Below, piece by piece: positions 10,268-20,460 of a stretch of DNA of 64,000 bases. Numbering within the stretch: position 1 is the stretch's first letter; every line of letters starts with the position of its first letter. The position numbers and the translations under genes were made by a program. A model generated the notes under the pieces. The model was not told the origin of the DNA. It was given only the letters and a program-made list of their open reading frames with translations, and ran no database searches. The stretch comes from an uncultured Parachlamydiaceae bacterium (GTDB lineage Bacteria; Chlamydiota; Chlamydiia; Chlamydiales; Parachlamydiaceae): contig CAVULX010000004.1 in the NCBI GenBank assembly GCA_963742415.1, positions 416,001 to 480,000 on the forward strand, written 5' to 3'.

Positions 10268-10849
10268 TTATTTTGTAATAATTTTCAAAGAATTTAGGAA
10301 AGCTTGATGATTTTCTTTGTCCGCATTAGAAGCTGAGTAATTTGTAGAAACCATATAAAGATTATGAGGAGTAATGATGTAAGTAATTTTAGAATAACAT
10401 TGTTCATCTGCTTTTGCATACAAGGATGATATATTTAAAGTTAGATGTAGGTAATAATTGTTTGATTTCTTAGAAATCTTTTTACTTATAAGGATTTTTC
10501 CGGGCGGCGTCATTTTCCAAGCTTTAATGATATTCGTGAATTCTTTTTTTGCCTTTAAATTTGGTCTTTCAGGAGAACAAGCGCTAAACTCGTTTACGAT
10601 GGCCCCATCCAATAATAGATCATCATTATCCCATTCTTTCGTGGTTGAAGCATAATAGATTGGATACTCTAATTTATCCCCTTCATCGTCAGTGGAAAGA
10701 TGCTCTACAGAAGGAGTTCCTGGAAATTCAATAGAGACGTATTCTTTTTTGAAATCTTGTTGGAATAAGTCGGCTGAAACGTTCATACTTGCTAAAACGG
10801 TCGCAAAAAAGACAAACAAAAATGTAAGTTTTTTAATTAATATTTTCAT
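10268..10849 (-). CDS. Hypothetical exported protein
   Basis: 193-aa AT-rich ORF with an N-terminal signal peptide (MKILIKKLTFLFVFFATVLASMNVSA). Confidence 0.7.
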   Translation of the reverse strand: MKILIKKLTFLFVFFATVLASMNVSADLFQQDFKKEYVSIEFPGTPSVEHLSTDDEGDKLEYPIYYASTTKEWDNDDLLLDGAIVNEFSACSPERPNLKAKKEFTNIIKAWKMTPPGKILISKKISKKSNNYYLHLTLNISSLYAKADEQCYSKITYIITPHNLYMVSTNYSASNADKENHQAFLNSLKIITK

Positions 10850-10925
10850 AAAAACCTTTTTTGTTATTGGTTTATAATTAATGTAGAAAAGAAATCCTAA
10901 ATTAATTTAGTTTTATATGTCAATA

Positions 10926-13178
10926 TTAAAAAAATGTAGAAAGGGGATGAACATCGACTAAGAGGCGAACTTTGGCTGGGATTTTCATCATCCCTTTTGT
11001 TTGTGTGATCGCTTCGTTGATTTTGTAGATGCTTGGCCCGCGGACAAAGAATTGAAATCGGTACTTATTTTTAACTTTGGCGTGGCCTGAGGGAACGAGT
11101 GGATTTAAAAGAAATTGGGAAGGGAGCAATTGCTGCAACTCTTTTCGGAAGGCCTCAGCAATAGCAACTGTCTCCTTTTCATGTTCTCCAGAAAAAGAGA
11201 TTTTGACCATTTGCGTACAAGGAGGATAGTGGAAAAGTTGGCGGCTAGAAAGTTCATCTTCATAAAAAGCTGGATAGTTCTGTTGAGCGGCTAGTTTCAC
11301 CGTTGTGTTTTCAGGTATAGATGTTTGGACAATCACTTCCCCGGGAATACTCCCTCGGCCTGCTCTTCCGGCTACTTGAGTAATCAGCTGGAAAGTCGTC
11401 TCAGAAGAGCGAAAGTCGGGAATATTCAAGCCTGGATCACAATTAAGGACTCCTACCAACGTGACTTGAGGAAAATGAAGCCCCTTTGCAATCATCTGGG
11501 TTCCAAGAAGCACATCCCCTTTTCCCGTCGCGAAATCGCGCAGTAATTTCTGATGGCTCCCTTTGTGTTTGGTAGTGTCTGCGTCGATACGGATGATCCT
11601 TATCTCGGGTAGAACAGCGTAGAGGGATTTTTCCACTTGTTCCGTTCCAACTCCCCGGTATTTCATTGTTTCATTCTGATTGCAAGAGGGGCAGATCCGG
11701 GGAGGGGGGGTGAGGGAAAAACCGCATAGATGGCAAGTTAAAGCATTTTCACCTAAATGAAATGTCAAAGAAACGTCGCAGTGCGCACATTTAAGGGAAT
11801 ATTGGCACGAGCGGCAGAGGAGGAGGGTATGGTAGCCTCGCCGATTGAGAAACAGGATGGTTTGTTCTCCCACGACCGCCCTTTTTTTTATCCCTTCTAG
11901 CAAGACCTCGGAAAAGTTTGTGTATCCTTTGGCCTTATCAAATTCCCGTTTCATATCGACAATGGTAAATGTGGGCAAAGAGGCTGCTGCCTCTGCACGG
12001 AGGGGAAGGGGGCTCAACACATATTTGCCCTGCTTCGCATTGTAAAATGATTCCAAGCTTGGGGTGGCGCTTCCTAAAATCACGGCTGCATGGGCCATTT
12101 TCCCTCGCATGACAGCTACATCCCTGGCATTATAACAGGGAGCCTCATCGGTTTGCTTATAGGAAGATTCATGCTCCTCATCGATGATAATCAGCCCCAC
12201 GTTTCTGATTGGGCTAAAAATTGCTGAGCGGGCTCCAATGACGATAGGAGCTTCACCTCGATGGATTTTTTGCCATTCATCAAATCTTTCCCCTTGGCTT
12301 AACCGATGGTGCAAAATGGCGATCTTTCCTTCAAAACGGCTTCTAAACCGCTCGATCGTTTGGGGGGTTAGGGATATTTCGGGAACAAGCATGAGTGTGC
12401 CTTTGCACAGCTGCAAAGCTTTGTCTATGGCTTGTAAGTAAATTTCTGTTTTACCGCTTCCTGTGATCCCAAAAAGAAGGTGTGTTTCAAAAAGAGCGCA
12501 TTCGATGCTTTTTACAATTTTTTGCAGGGCTTCTGCTTGCGCCTGATTTAATAATTTAGGCTTAGTTTGAAAGTACTCTTCCCCTACTAAAGGGGAGCGG
12601 TCGATCCGGACAATATCGAGAATGAGGAAGCCTTTCTTAACTAAAGCGTCCACAGGACTCCGGGAAGTATCGGCCTGTTCCAGCAGTTGGGTGAGGAGAA
12701 TCCCTTTCTTGACTTGCAGCATGACATCGAGGATAGCCGACTGGGCCGGATAGCGGGACCGGAGGCTTTCACATAATGTTTTGAGCTCTTCTTTAGTCTT
12801 GCCCCGCATGATAAATAGCTGTTCTTTGGCTTGCATATTACGGCGCACGCTGGCAGGCAGCATCATCTTGAGGACTTTCTGCAATGAAGAACAGTAATAT
12901 TTGGACATCCATAGGGCAAGATTGAATAACTCCGGGGTAATCAATTGCTGTTCTGAAATTACCTTGGCGATAGGTTTTACATTAGGAAAAGGGGAGGATT
13001 TTTTAATTTCATAAACATACCCCGATTGAATGCTCCCCCGAACAGGAACCTCCACGCGGATTCCTTGAGCTATTTTTCCGGCATATTCGTGGGGGATTCC
13101 ATAATCCAGAAGTTTGTCGATTGCCGCGTCAAGGATCACCGAGGCATATTGAGGATAGTTTTGCGTAGGGTAGTCCAT
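10926..13178 (-). CDS. priA: Primosomal protein N' helicase
   Basis: GITGSGKTE, DEEH, LNRRGY, double Zn finger CxxC motifs, TQMIAKGLHFP, QVAGRAGR. Confidence 0.96.
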   Translation of the reverse strand: MDYPTQNYPQYASVILDAAIDKLLDYGIPHEYAGKIAQGIRVEVPVRGSIQSGYVYEIKKSSPFPNVKPIAKVISEQQLITPELFNLALWMSKYYCSSLQKVLKMMLPASVRRNMQAKEQLFIMRGKTKEELKTLCESLRSRYPAQSAILDVMLQVKKGILLTQLLEQADTSRSPVDALVKKGFLILDIVRIDRSPLVGEEYFQTKPKLLNQAQAEALQKIVKSIECALFETHLLFGITGSGKTEIYLQAIDKALQLCKGTLMLVPEISLTPQTIERFRSRFEGKIAILHHRLSQGERFDEWQKIHRGEAPIVIGARSAIFSPIRNVGLIIIDEEHESSYKQTDEAPCYNARDVAVMRGKMAHAAVILGSATPSLESFYNAKQGKYVLSPLPLRAEAAASLPTFTIVDMKREFDKAKGYTNFSEVLLEGIKKRAVVGEQTILFLNRRGYHTLLLCRSCQYSLKCAHCDVSLTFHLGENALTCHLCGFSLTPPPRICPSCNQNETMKYRGVGTEQVEKSLYAVLPEIRIIRIDADTTKHKGSHQKLLRDFATGKGDVLLGTQMIAKGLHFPQVTLVGVLNCDPGLNIPDFRSSETTFQLITQVAGRAGRGSIPGEVIVQTSIPENTTVKLAAQQNYPAFYEDELSSRQLFHYPPCTQMVKISFSGEHEKETVAIAEAFRKELQQLLPSQFLLNPLVPSGHAKVKNKYRFQFFVRGPSIYKINEAITQTKGMMKIPAKVRLLVDVHPLSTFF

Positions 13179-14041
13179 AGCACTTGTTTTTTTTGTGGCT
13201 GTTCTAAATAGGATGAAATAGGGTCCAAAATGAAGATGGAAGGCTTTTTGAAGTTTGCTGAAAGGGCCTTGTTGTGTTGAAGAAATTCGATTTTTCTAAA
13301 CAGAAGATCGAGTGTGGGTTGGACCGCTATTAGCAGGATTATGTCAGACGTAAGGGACTCGTTAATAAAAGTGTCAACCCCTTCTGTTTCCATGACGGCC
13401 ACTTCTGCAGGCATCAAAGAAGCGGAAATGGCGGATCCCATGTTTCTCAGCAAGGTTAGATGTTCTGGAGGCTCATCGAGGGCCAAGATGAGTATTAGAG
13501 AAGTTTGACGAGGAGGCTTGATCTCTTGATCATAAGGAAGAATATCCACCAGAGGCAGCGCAGGGATTTTTTCGGTAATTAAAGCGCGAATGTCTTCCAG
13601 GTCAAGGGTGAGCGGGGGAGAGATCGGTTCTAGAGAAAACTTGGATTTTGGGAGCAAAGTTTTATCCTCCTTTTTTTGTTTTGGAGCCTCTTGAGAAAGA
13701 GGCAGCTTAGCCACGGGGAGTGTCGGTTTGGGCATTGGTGGCTCGGGAGGCATCTCGACAGGGGGCTTATGATTGGTTGGAGCTGCATCCCTCATCGGTT
13801 TAGGTTCAGGCGGCTTTTGGGAAACGGGCGGAGGTTGTGGAAGGGGAAGAGCCGGGGGGATCATCGATACTGATGCAGAAGCGGATTGGGGGTGTTTCTT
13901 TTTTTTGGCTAAGGCTTCTTCTCTAAAGAAAACATGGTTTTTGGGTTCGGTCAAAATCCAATTCGAAACCCCGTATTCTTGCAAAAGATGCAGTTTTAAT
14001 AGAGCTGCGAGCTCGCTGATGTGTTCTTTAAGATTTGTCAT
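13136..14041 (-). CDS. Hypothetical protein with proline-rich central region
   Basis: 301-aa ORF overlapping the priA start; Pro-rich linker. Confidence 0.75.
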   Translation of the reverse strand: MTNLKEHISELAALLKLHLLQEYGVSNWILTEPKNHVFFREEALAKKKKHPQSASASVSMIPPALPLPQPPPVSQKPPEPKPMRDAAPTNHKPPVEMPPEPPMPKPTLPVAKLPLSQEAPKQKKEDKTLLPKSKFSLEPISPPLTLDLEDIRALITEKIPALPLVDILPYDQEIKPPRQTSLILILALDEPPEHLTLLRNMGSAISASLMPAEVAVMETEGVDTFINESLTSDIILLIAVQPTLDLLFRKIEFLQHNKALSANFKKPSIFILDPISSYLEQPQKKQVLWTTLRKTILNMPR

Positions 14042-14769
14042 AAAGCAGTGATGCAGTTTGAAATGTGGGGAATCAGATGGTCAAATCCCCGCAGGGTATA
14101 GCGGTTTTTGAGTAACTGTAGAGCTTCCGAAAGGCCCTCTGAATATAGATCTTCGATAAGTTTTTTGACAAATCCACTTCCGAATGCAATGTCAAATTGT
14201 TCGGCATGCCTAAGAATATAGAAGATTACATTCTCATTTTGATTGAATTCACGAATAGCTCTGATTGTTTCTTTCCCAAGTTTATGGATGGTGGTTTTTA
14301 AGCGGGTCAAATTTTTCGAAAGTTGAGTTGTTTCCGATTCACTATATTTTTCTTTTTCTTTTAATTGACGAAGATGGTCGGCGCATTGCATTCCTGTCAA
14401 CCAAGCGCTGCTAGCTAGCCTTTGAAGCGTTGTTAATTGCTTGTTGCCCGAGGGGCCCATTTCGGCAAAATAGGCACAATATTTTTTGAGCTTCGCTAAA
14501 ATCCCTTCACTGCTATTCCAGGCAAAAATACGCATATACTCTTGTTGGATTCCACATAATCGAATGATCGGATGGATTAACAGTTGTATATCGGACGGTG
14601 TTAGCTTCTTTTTACGCCACGACAGGAGAGCTGCTTCTTGATGGGCTTTGATCATTTCTGCAAGAATAAATTGAAAAAGCAAACTTCGATCGAGATGATA
14701 GGCTTGGATTAGATGTTGAGGCGACTTTGTCTGTTCTAACACTTGGGCCTCCGAAGTATACAAGTGCAT
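14038..14769 (-). CDS. Hypothetical protein
   Basis: 243-aa ORF with ATGA overlap into the next gene. Confidence 0.75.
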   Translation of the reverse strand: MHLYTSEAQVLEQTKSPQHLIQAYHLDRSLLFQFILAEMIKAHQEAALLSWRKKKLTPSDIQLLIHPIIRLCGIQQEYMRIFAWNSSEGILAKLKKYCAYFAEMGPSGNKQLTTLQRLASSAWLTGMQCADHLRQLKEKEKYSESETTQLSKNLTRLKTTIHKLGKETIRAIREFNQNENVIFYILRHAEQFDIAFGSGFVKKLIEDLYSEGLSEALQLLKNRYTLRGFDHLIPHISNCITAL

Positions 14770-14870
14770 TCAAAAACTAGCCCTAAACCGCTAGATAAAT
14801 TGCTGATCGGAGTAAGCTTATCAAAAAAGCCAGATAAGATAAAACGAAAAAATTTAAAATTTTGCATCGA

Positions 14871-14896
14871 GCGCAATCCCCATGTCGAGATTGCGC
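14871..14896 (-). terminator. Hairpin after the 36-aa small ORF
   Basis: gcgcaatc-N10-gattgcgc stem 10 nt after the stop codon. Confidence 0.5.
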
Positions 14897-14906
14897 CCCA
14901 GTTCAT

Positions 14907-15017
14907 TTACCAGCCCGATTTTTTTGTAGGATTGGATTTAGTTGTCGATGTGGTGCTGTGCTTTTGCGGTTGGCTTTTTGATGTTGACGGATTTTTGTTT
15001 TGTTTTTTTGTGTCCAT
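14907..15017 (-). CDS. Small basic Lys/Ser/Thr-rich protein (36 aa), not in the ORF track
   Basis: MDTKKQNKNPSTSKSQPQKHSTTSTTKSNPTKKSGW*; GAGGAGG Shine-Dalgarno just upstream, TTGACA at 15080-15085 (minus strand), downstream hairpin. Confidence 0.65.
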   Translation of the reverse strand: MDTKKQNKNPSTSKSQPQKHSTTSTTKSNPTKKSGW

Positions 15018-15120
15018 GGTTGACCTCCTCAAGAGTTTTATAAATTGGACTCTTCTGTATTGGCAGGAAAAAGGCGGAATGTCAATAAAAAATTTTATTT
15101 TATGAAAAACATGGACCCGA

Positions 15121-15279
15121 AGTGGGGGAAGGAAAAAACAGGATAAGCAAGATATTGAATAAAGAGTAAGAATATGTGGATATGATCAAGTTAAGACTTT
15201 TCAAAAACATCGTTTTTTCTTTTATCCTGCTTATCCAGACGTTTACGATCTTGCTTATCCTGTTTTTTCCTTCCCCACT
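15121..15279. repeat. Palindromic miniature element, family A (CAGGAT-type), copy 1
   Basis: Arms agtgggggaaggaaaaaacaggataagcaagat / atcttgcttatcctgttttttccttccccact; interior homologous to the 36807 copy in reverse orientation. Confidence 0.85.
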
Positions 15280-15313
15280 CTATGGTTATTTATTTATGTC
15301 TTCGGGGCAGTGG

Positions 15314-17845
15314 TTACCCGAAAAATGTTAACTGCATCGAATTGGGGAGGGATTTGACTTTTGGAGGGGGCCGTTTGGGTTTTGAAGGTTCGAAGGCATT
15401 TTTTCTGTTGGCATTTTCTTCCAAATGGACGAGGATCTCTTTCGCCCTGGCAATGACTGGCGAAGGGAGCCCTGCCAGCCTGCCGACGTGGATCCCATAG
15501 CTTTTGTCGGTTCCTCCGCGGACAATTTTTCGTAAAAAAACGATCAGGTCTTCACTTTCATGGACGGCCACATTGAAATTGACAGCACCGGGAATTTTTT
15601 CTTCCAGCTTTGTTAATTCCCAATAATGCGTGGCAAACAAGGTTTTGGCTTGCTTGTCTTCAGTCATCAAAAGATATTCGGCTACCGCCCAGGCGATCGA
15701 AATGCCATCATAAGTGCTTGTGCCTCTTCCAATTTCATCCAGGATCACCAAAGAGCGGGTGGTGGCATGGTGGAGAATGTTCGCTGTTTCGGTCATCTCG
15801 ACCATAAATGTCGACTGACCCCGCGTAAGATCATCGCTTGCCCCAATACGAGTAAAAATTTTATCGATAGTCCCAATCCGGCCGCTCTTTGCTGGAATAA
15901 AGGAACCTATTTGAGCCATGAGGGTAATCAGCGCCACCTGCCGAATATAGGTGGATTTTCCAGCCATATTGGGTCCTGTGATGAGCATCAGCCGGCAGTT
16001 TGCATCATTCAAATGGGTGTCGTTGGGGACAAATTTTTCAGACCTGTGAACTGTTTCGATGACAGGATGGCGCCCGCCTACGATCTCGAGAATGGCGCTG
16101 CCGTCAACTTGAGGGCGAATGTAATCATTGATCTTAGCGACCGAGGCTAATGCCTGCAAAACATCGATGCGGGCAATTGCTTGCGCGATTTTATAGATTT
16201 GTTCCGTGTATTTTGAAACCTCTTTTCGCAAAGAGGAAAACAGTTCTTGTTCAATACCGGTGATCCGTTCTTCGGCATTAAGGACTTTGTATTCATATGA
16301 TTTAAGTTCCGGGGTGATGAACCTTTCTGCATTAACAAGAGTTTGCCTTCTTTCAAAAGAGTCGGGCATTCGGTCGGCTTGCCCTTTGCTCACTTCGAGG
16401 TAATACCCGAACATTTTGTTGTAGCCTACTTTCAGGGTCTTGATGCCGGTTTGTTCCCTGAGTTGGTTCTGATACCGTGCAAGCCAAGATTTGCTATCGT
16501 GGCTTATGGTGCGCATTTCATCCAACTCTTGATAAAATCCATCCCGAAAAACTCCCCCATCGCTAAGCTTGGCTGGAGGGGAATCGACAAGAGCTTTGGC
16601 AATCAATTGAATGAGCTCCGGCAAGGGTGTCAAAGCTTTTTCCTCTTCAATGAGGAAAGAGGCCTCGCTCGAAAGCCCTTGCAAGGTGGATTTGATCAAC
16701 GGGATAGGCTCGAGAGAAAAACGTAAAGCTGCAATATCGCGGGGGGAAGCATATCCTGTGCTGATCTTTATGATCAGCCTTTCCAAATCGCGCACTCCAT
16801 TCAAAAGAGCTTCGAGTTGCTCCAAAGCTGTGGGATGATTAAAAAAGCTTTCTACCGCATCTTGCCGCTTGGCGATCTCTTGAGGGGAAAGCAAAGGCTG
16901 CTTGATCCACTGACGCAGGAGGCGCGCTCCCATGGGAGTGTGAGTATGGTCCAAAATGCCTAATAAAGTATTTTTGCGGGAACCATCGATTAAAGATTCG
17001 GTTAATTCCAGATTGCGTTGGGTGATCCGATCCAAAGACATAAAATGTGAGGTGCTATAAGTGTGGACCTCTTTGATATGTTCAAGGGGCAAATTAAGAG
17101 TATCGCGCAGATAGTTCAATAAAGCGCCTGCGGCATTGATCCCTGCTACCATCCCTTTGAGGCCAAAGCCATCAAGAGAAAGGACTTTGAATTGATTCAT
17201 TAGCGCATCGCAGGTCACTTGATGGTCGAATTGCCAATCATCCAGTTCGTTGAGTAAAAAATCATAAGATTTTTTTAGGTCGTCGAAAACAGGGGTGTGC
17301 TTTTCTTTAACTTTTTTGGGAATGATGAATTCGGCGGGGTGATAACGGTAAATTTCATTCAGAAGGTCTTGTTCGTCTTCGAATTCGACAACATTGAAGT
17401 CCGAAGTCGTTAAATCTAGAATCGCAAGGCCAAAGGTTGACCCGACGCGAGCGACCGAAGCAATGTAATTGTTGTCTTTGTCTGACAGCAAAGCGGAGTT
17501 AATCACCGTGCCTGGAGTGACCACGCGGACGACTTCCCGTTTGACTAAGCCTTTGGCTAGCTTGGGATCTTCGGTCTGCTCCGCAATGGCGACCCGGTAC
17601 CCTTTTGCAATCAATTTATCAATGTAGCCTTCGCTAGTGTGATAAGGAACGCCGCTCATCGGAACATCGGCGCGGCGGGTTAAAGTGAGATCGAGTTCCC
17701 TAGAAATTAAGGCGGCGTCATCATAGAAAGCTTCATAAAAGTCTCCCATGCGGAAAAAAAGGACAGCATTTTGAGCGATATTTTTGCAAGCATGCCACTG
17801 GACCATCATCGGGGAAACTTTTTGTTCCTGGAACTCTTCCGCCAT
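15314..17845 (-). CDS. mutS: DNA mismatch repair protein MutS
   Basis: FRMGDFYEAF, TGPNMAGKSTY, GQSTFMVEM, DEIGRGTST, FATHY, SYGIHVG. Confidence 0.98.
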   Translation of the reverse strand: MAEEFQEQKVSPMMVQWHACKNIAQNAVLFFRMGDFYEAFYDDAALISRELDLTLTRRADVPMSGVPYHTSEGYIDKLIAKGYRVAIAEQTEDPKLAKGLVKREVVRVVTPGTVINSALLSDKDNNYIASVARVGSTFGLAILDLTTSDFNVVEFEDEQDLLNEIYRYHPAEFIIPKKVKEKHTPVFDDLKKSYDFLLNELDDWQFDHQVTCDALMNQFKVLSLDGFGLKGMVAGINAAGALLNYLRDTLNLPLEHIKEVHTYSTSHFMSLDRITQRNLELTESLIDGSRKNTLLGILDHTHTPMGARLLRQWIKQPLLSPQEIAKRQDAVESFFNHPTALEQLEALLNGVRDLERLIIKISTGYASPRDIAALRFSLEPIPLIKSTLQGLSSEASFLIEEEKALTPLPELIQLIAKALVDSPPAKLSDGGVFRDGFYQELDEMRTISHDSKSWLARYQNQLREQTGIKTLKVGYNKMFGYYLEVSKGQADRMPDSFERRQTLVNAERFITPELKSYEYKVLNAEERITGIEQELFSSLRKEVSKYTEQIYKIAQAIARIDVLQALASVAKINDYIRPQVDGSAILEIVGGRHPVIETVHRSEKFVPNDTHLNDANCRLMLITGPNMAGKSTYIRQVALITLMAQIGSFIPAKSGRIGTIDKIFTRIGASDDLTRGQSTFMVEMTETANILHHATTRSLVILDEIGRGTSTYDGISIAWAVAEYLLMTEDKQAKTLFATHYWELTKLEEKIPGAVNFNVAVHESEDLIVFLRKIVRGGTDKSYGIHVGRLAGLPSPVIARAKEILVHLEENANRKNAFEPSKPKRPPPKVKSLPNSMQLTFFG

Positions 17846-17933
17846 AAGTCAATTCCTGAAAATTATGTCGCGATCATAGCAACAGAACGGCAAATCTTGC
17901 AATAAAAACATGCCGGTGTTTGTTTCAAGTTTC

Positions 17934-18025
17934 TGAGTCACTCTCGGTATAGCGCAGAGCCGGGGAGCCGGGGAGGCGCAGAGGGATCCCGGAGAAAGTA
18001 GGAAATTTCTAAATTGCCCTTATAA
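17934..18025 (+). repeat. Left copy of direct-repeat blocks flanking the 18100-20320 gene
   Basis: tgagtcactctcggtata matches 20318-20335 (16/18); ggagaaagtaggaaatttctaaattgcccttataa matches 20490-20524 (33/35). Confidence 0.8.
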
Positions 18026-18040
18026 TATAATATTTTAATA

Positions 18041-18070
18041 TTGAAAAAAAATATAAAAGTTTAGTATAAT
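18041..18070 (+). promoter_or_regulatory. Sigma70/sigma66-type promoter candidate
   Basis: TTGAAA-18 bp-TATAAT about 30 nt before ATG 18100; AT-rich context lowers specificity. Confidence 0.5.
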
Positions 18071-18099
18071 TTTTCATTATAATAAATAAAAATAAACAT

Positions 18100-20320
18100 A
18101 TGTTAGAATTTTTAAAATACTATTTTATACCTTCTTTAAATAATGGAGCTGCAGAGCTGCCAAATCTTTATCAAAAAGAAAGAAAAAAAAGTGCAGTTTA
18201 TTATTGTTTTGATCTTATAAATAACGTTTATTGTAATTTATCATCTTATGTTTATAAGAAATTTGAACATAAAATAAGCATTAAAAAACCTGATGAAAGA
18301 GTGCAAAAGATTGTTGACACGTTAGTTCAAGAAAAAGAATTCGATACACTTGAATCATTAAACTTCATAAAACCAGACACTATTGAAGAAAAGAAAGTTC
18401 CCTCTGTTGCGAAAGAAAAGAAAGTTACTGTTACAAAAGAAAAGAAAAAAGAGTTAACCAAAAATCTAGTAGATAAAATTATTCCCATTCTTTTTTCTTC
18501 AAAAAAAATAAAATCAGCGGCGATAGAGGTTTTGCCTTGCGGTGGACTAAAGATTTTGTCCAAAAAGATAGGGCAGCTGCCTCGTCTGACTTCTATTTGC
18601 AGTGATCCATGCATTTTTGGAAAAAATGAAATCTTTATACCTAATCATCAAATCTATCTGTTATTAAATCCCGCTATTGTGAAAGAAATAATTCAAGAAT
18701 TTCCGGATATGCAGCACTTTTTAGATGCCTGGACCAAACCTACTAAAGACAAAGATAAAGATCTTGATTCACTAATTTTTTCAGACGTTGATAGTGGAAA
18801 AACATTTCTTATGCAAAATGGAACAAAAACTGGAGAGTATGTTATCTGTAAAGGGTCTGAATCTTATGAATATATTGCCTTTATTCTTAAAGATGATAAA
18901 GCTGTGCAGCGAGTTGAATTTAAAAATCCATACGTAGTGCATGGAAGATGCTATATGCCTGAATATCTTATGCTTGCATCTCCTCTTTTACCACCGGGAG
19001 TATCTCTACCTGAAAATAAAACGAAATTGCATAATACCTTATTAAATTGGAAATCAAGGTCGTTTTTAAAAACCTTAAAACATTTTAGTAAGGATGCAGA
19101 TAAGCAAAATCAAATCAGTCATTTTTTCAGTGAATTAAGCTGGAATGGGTGTCAAAAAGAAATGATATCATGGATAAGTTATTTCACTGAAAAAATTAAT
19201 TTTTTCAATCCTTTGTACTTTTTAAAGGTATTTGCTCATCATTTTGGTTTGAAGGGGAGTTTTAAGGATATAGATTTAGAGGGCTTCGATAATAAACAAG
19301 CTCAATTTGAAATTCTAGACAATATTAAGACTTATCTGCCCAATTCTACTTTGATGGATAATGAAGAAAAAGAAGTTGTTTATAAGGCTTATCAAAGAAT
19401 GCTTTTTTATAATAAATTTTCAGAAAATGAGCTCGGTAAAAAAGCAAAAGCAGAAGCAATGTTTAAAGATATTGAAAATGGTTTACCTGTGACTATTGCA
19501 ACAGGTTGGCCTGGCCATTCTGTCAATGTCACTTTAACCAAAAGTTATCTTATTTACACAAATAAAGGAAGTCGAGAGAAAGGAAGAGCTGGATCGACGA
19601 TTTATCGAATTGAAAAGCCGTTGACTCCAGAAATTATCGAAGAGATCTTAAAGGGGGGAACGGAGACCTTCTTCACCCAAGAGTTAGTCGAAAAACTCGA
19701 GCTGGATAACATAAGATTTCATGAACGGGTAGATCAAGCTGTAGGAAATTGTGTATTCGCTAGTAATAAATCTTTTATTAAAAATATATTGATGATTCTG
19801 TATTTTGAAAAAAATACTCCTTATTCCTTATTCAGATGAATACAATGCATATAATGAGAAGCTTGAGAAAATTCATAAGGAATTTTCATCTTTTATACGA
19901 TTAATCCAAGTGAAGCAATGTCTAACATTGTTAAGAATAGTCAATTTCAGGTTTGAAGACATAAAACGTATATATACACTTCTAATCTTTGCTTTTGTAA
20001 AAATTGAACTTACTGAAAAGGTTAAAAATGAAATTCTCGAATTATTAAACGAACTTTTAATCGAACAAAAGAAGATCTATGATAAAAAATTAAATGATGA
20101 AAAAAATGGGAAATATAGTTATAATGGCAAATCTATGCGGCTAGATGAAATGAAGAAATCGATTGAATTTATGAAAATATTAGTGAAAATAATAAGCAAA
20201 TCTAAACAAAATGTACTAGACCTAATTGGATCTATTTATGAATTAATTGGTCCAGAAGCATATGACGAGCTATACAAAATCTTCAAAAAAAAGAAGATAG
20301 TTCCAAATCCCTATTTTTGA
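18100..20320 (+). CDS. Putative effector with AnkH-like cysteine-protease-fold domain; split by a frameshift at about 19808-19832
   Basis: ORFs 18100-19839 and 19805-20320; motifs TGWPGHS, IYTNKG, DQAVGNCVFAS; AT-rich. Confidence 0.65.
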
Positions 20321-20334
20321 GTGACGCTCGGTAT

Positions 20335-20367
20335 AAATTAAGAGTATCGCGCAGATAGTTTAATAAA
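20335..20367 (+). repeat. 33-bp copy of internal mutS sequence 17091-17123
   Basis: aaattaagagtatcgcgcagatagtttaataaa vs aaattaagagtatcgcgcagatagttcaataaa, 32/33 identical, same orientation. Confidence 0.9.
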
Positions 20368-20370
20368 CCC

Positions 20371-20395
20371 TGTCCAATTTTTGAGGGCAACCTCA
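20371..20395. mobile_element. Solo IS3-family-like terminal inverted repeat
   Basis: Reverse complement TGAGGTTGCCCTCAAAAATTGGACA resembles IS3/IS150-type ends (5'-TG...GGACA); no transposase nearby. Confidence 0.5.
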
Positions 20396-20419
20396 GACCA
20401 CCTCATAAAATCTTTTTAT

Positions 20420-20460
20420 CTTTGCGCCTTTGCGGCCTTTGCGGCCTTTGCGCCTCTGCG
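20420..20460. repeat. Short tandem repeat (CTTTGCG[G]C)x4 + CTCTGCG
   Basis: ctttgcgc ctttgcggc ctttgcggc ctttgcgc ctctgcg; complementary-type units gcgcagag at 17952-17984. Confidence 0.75.
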
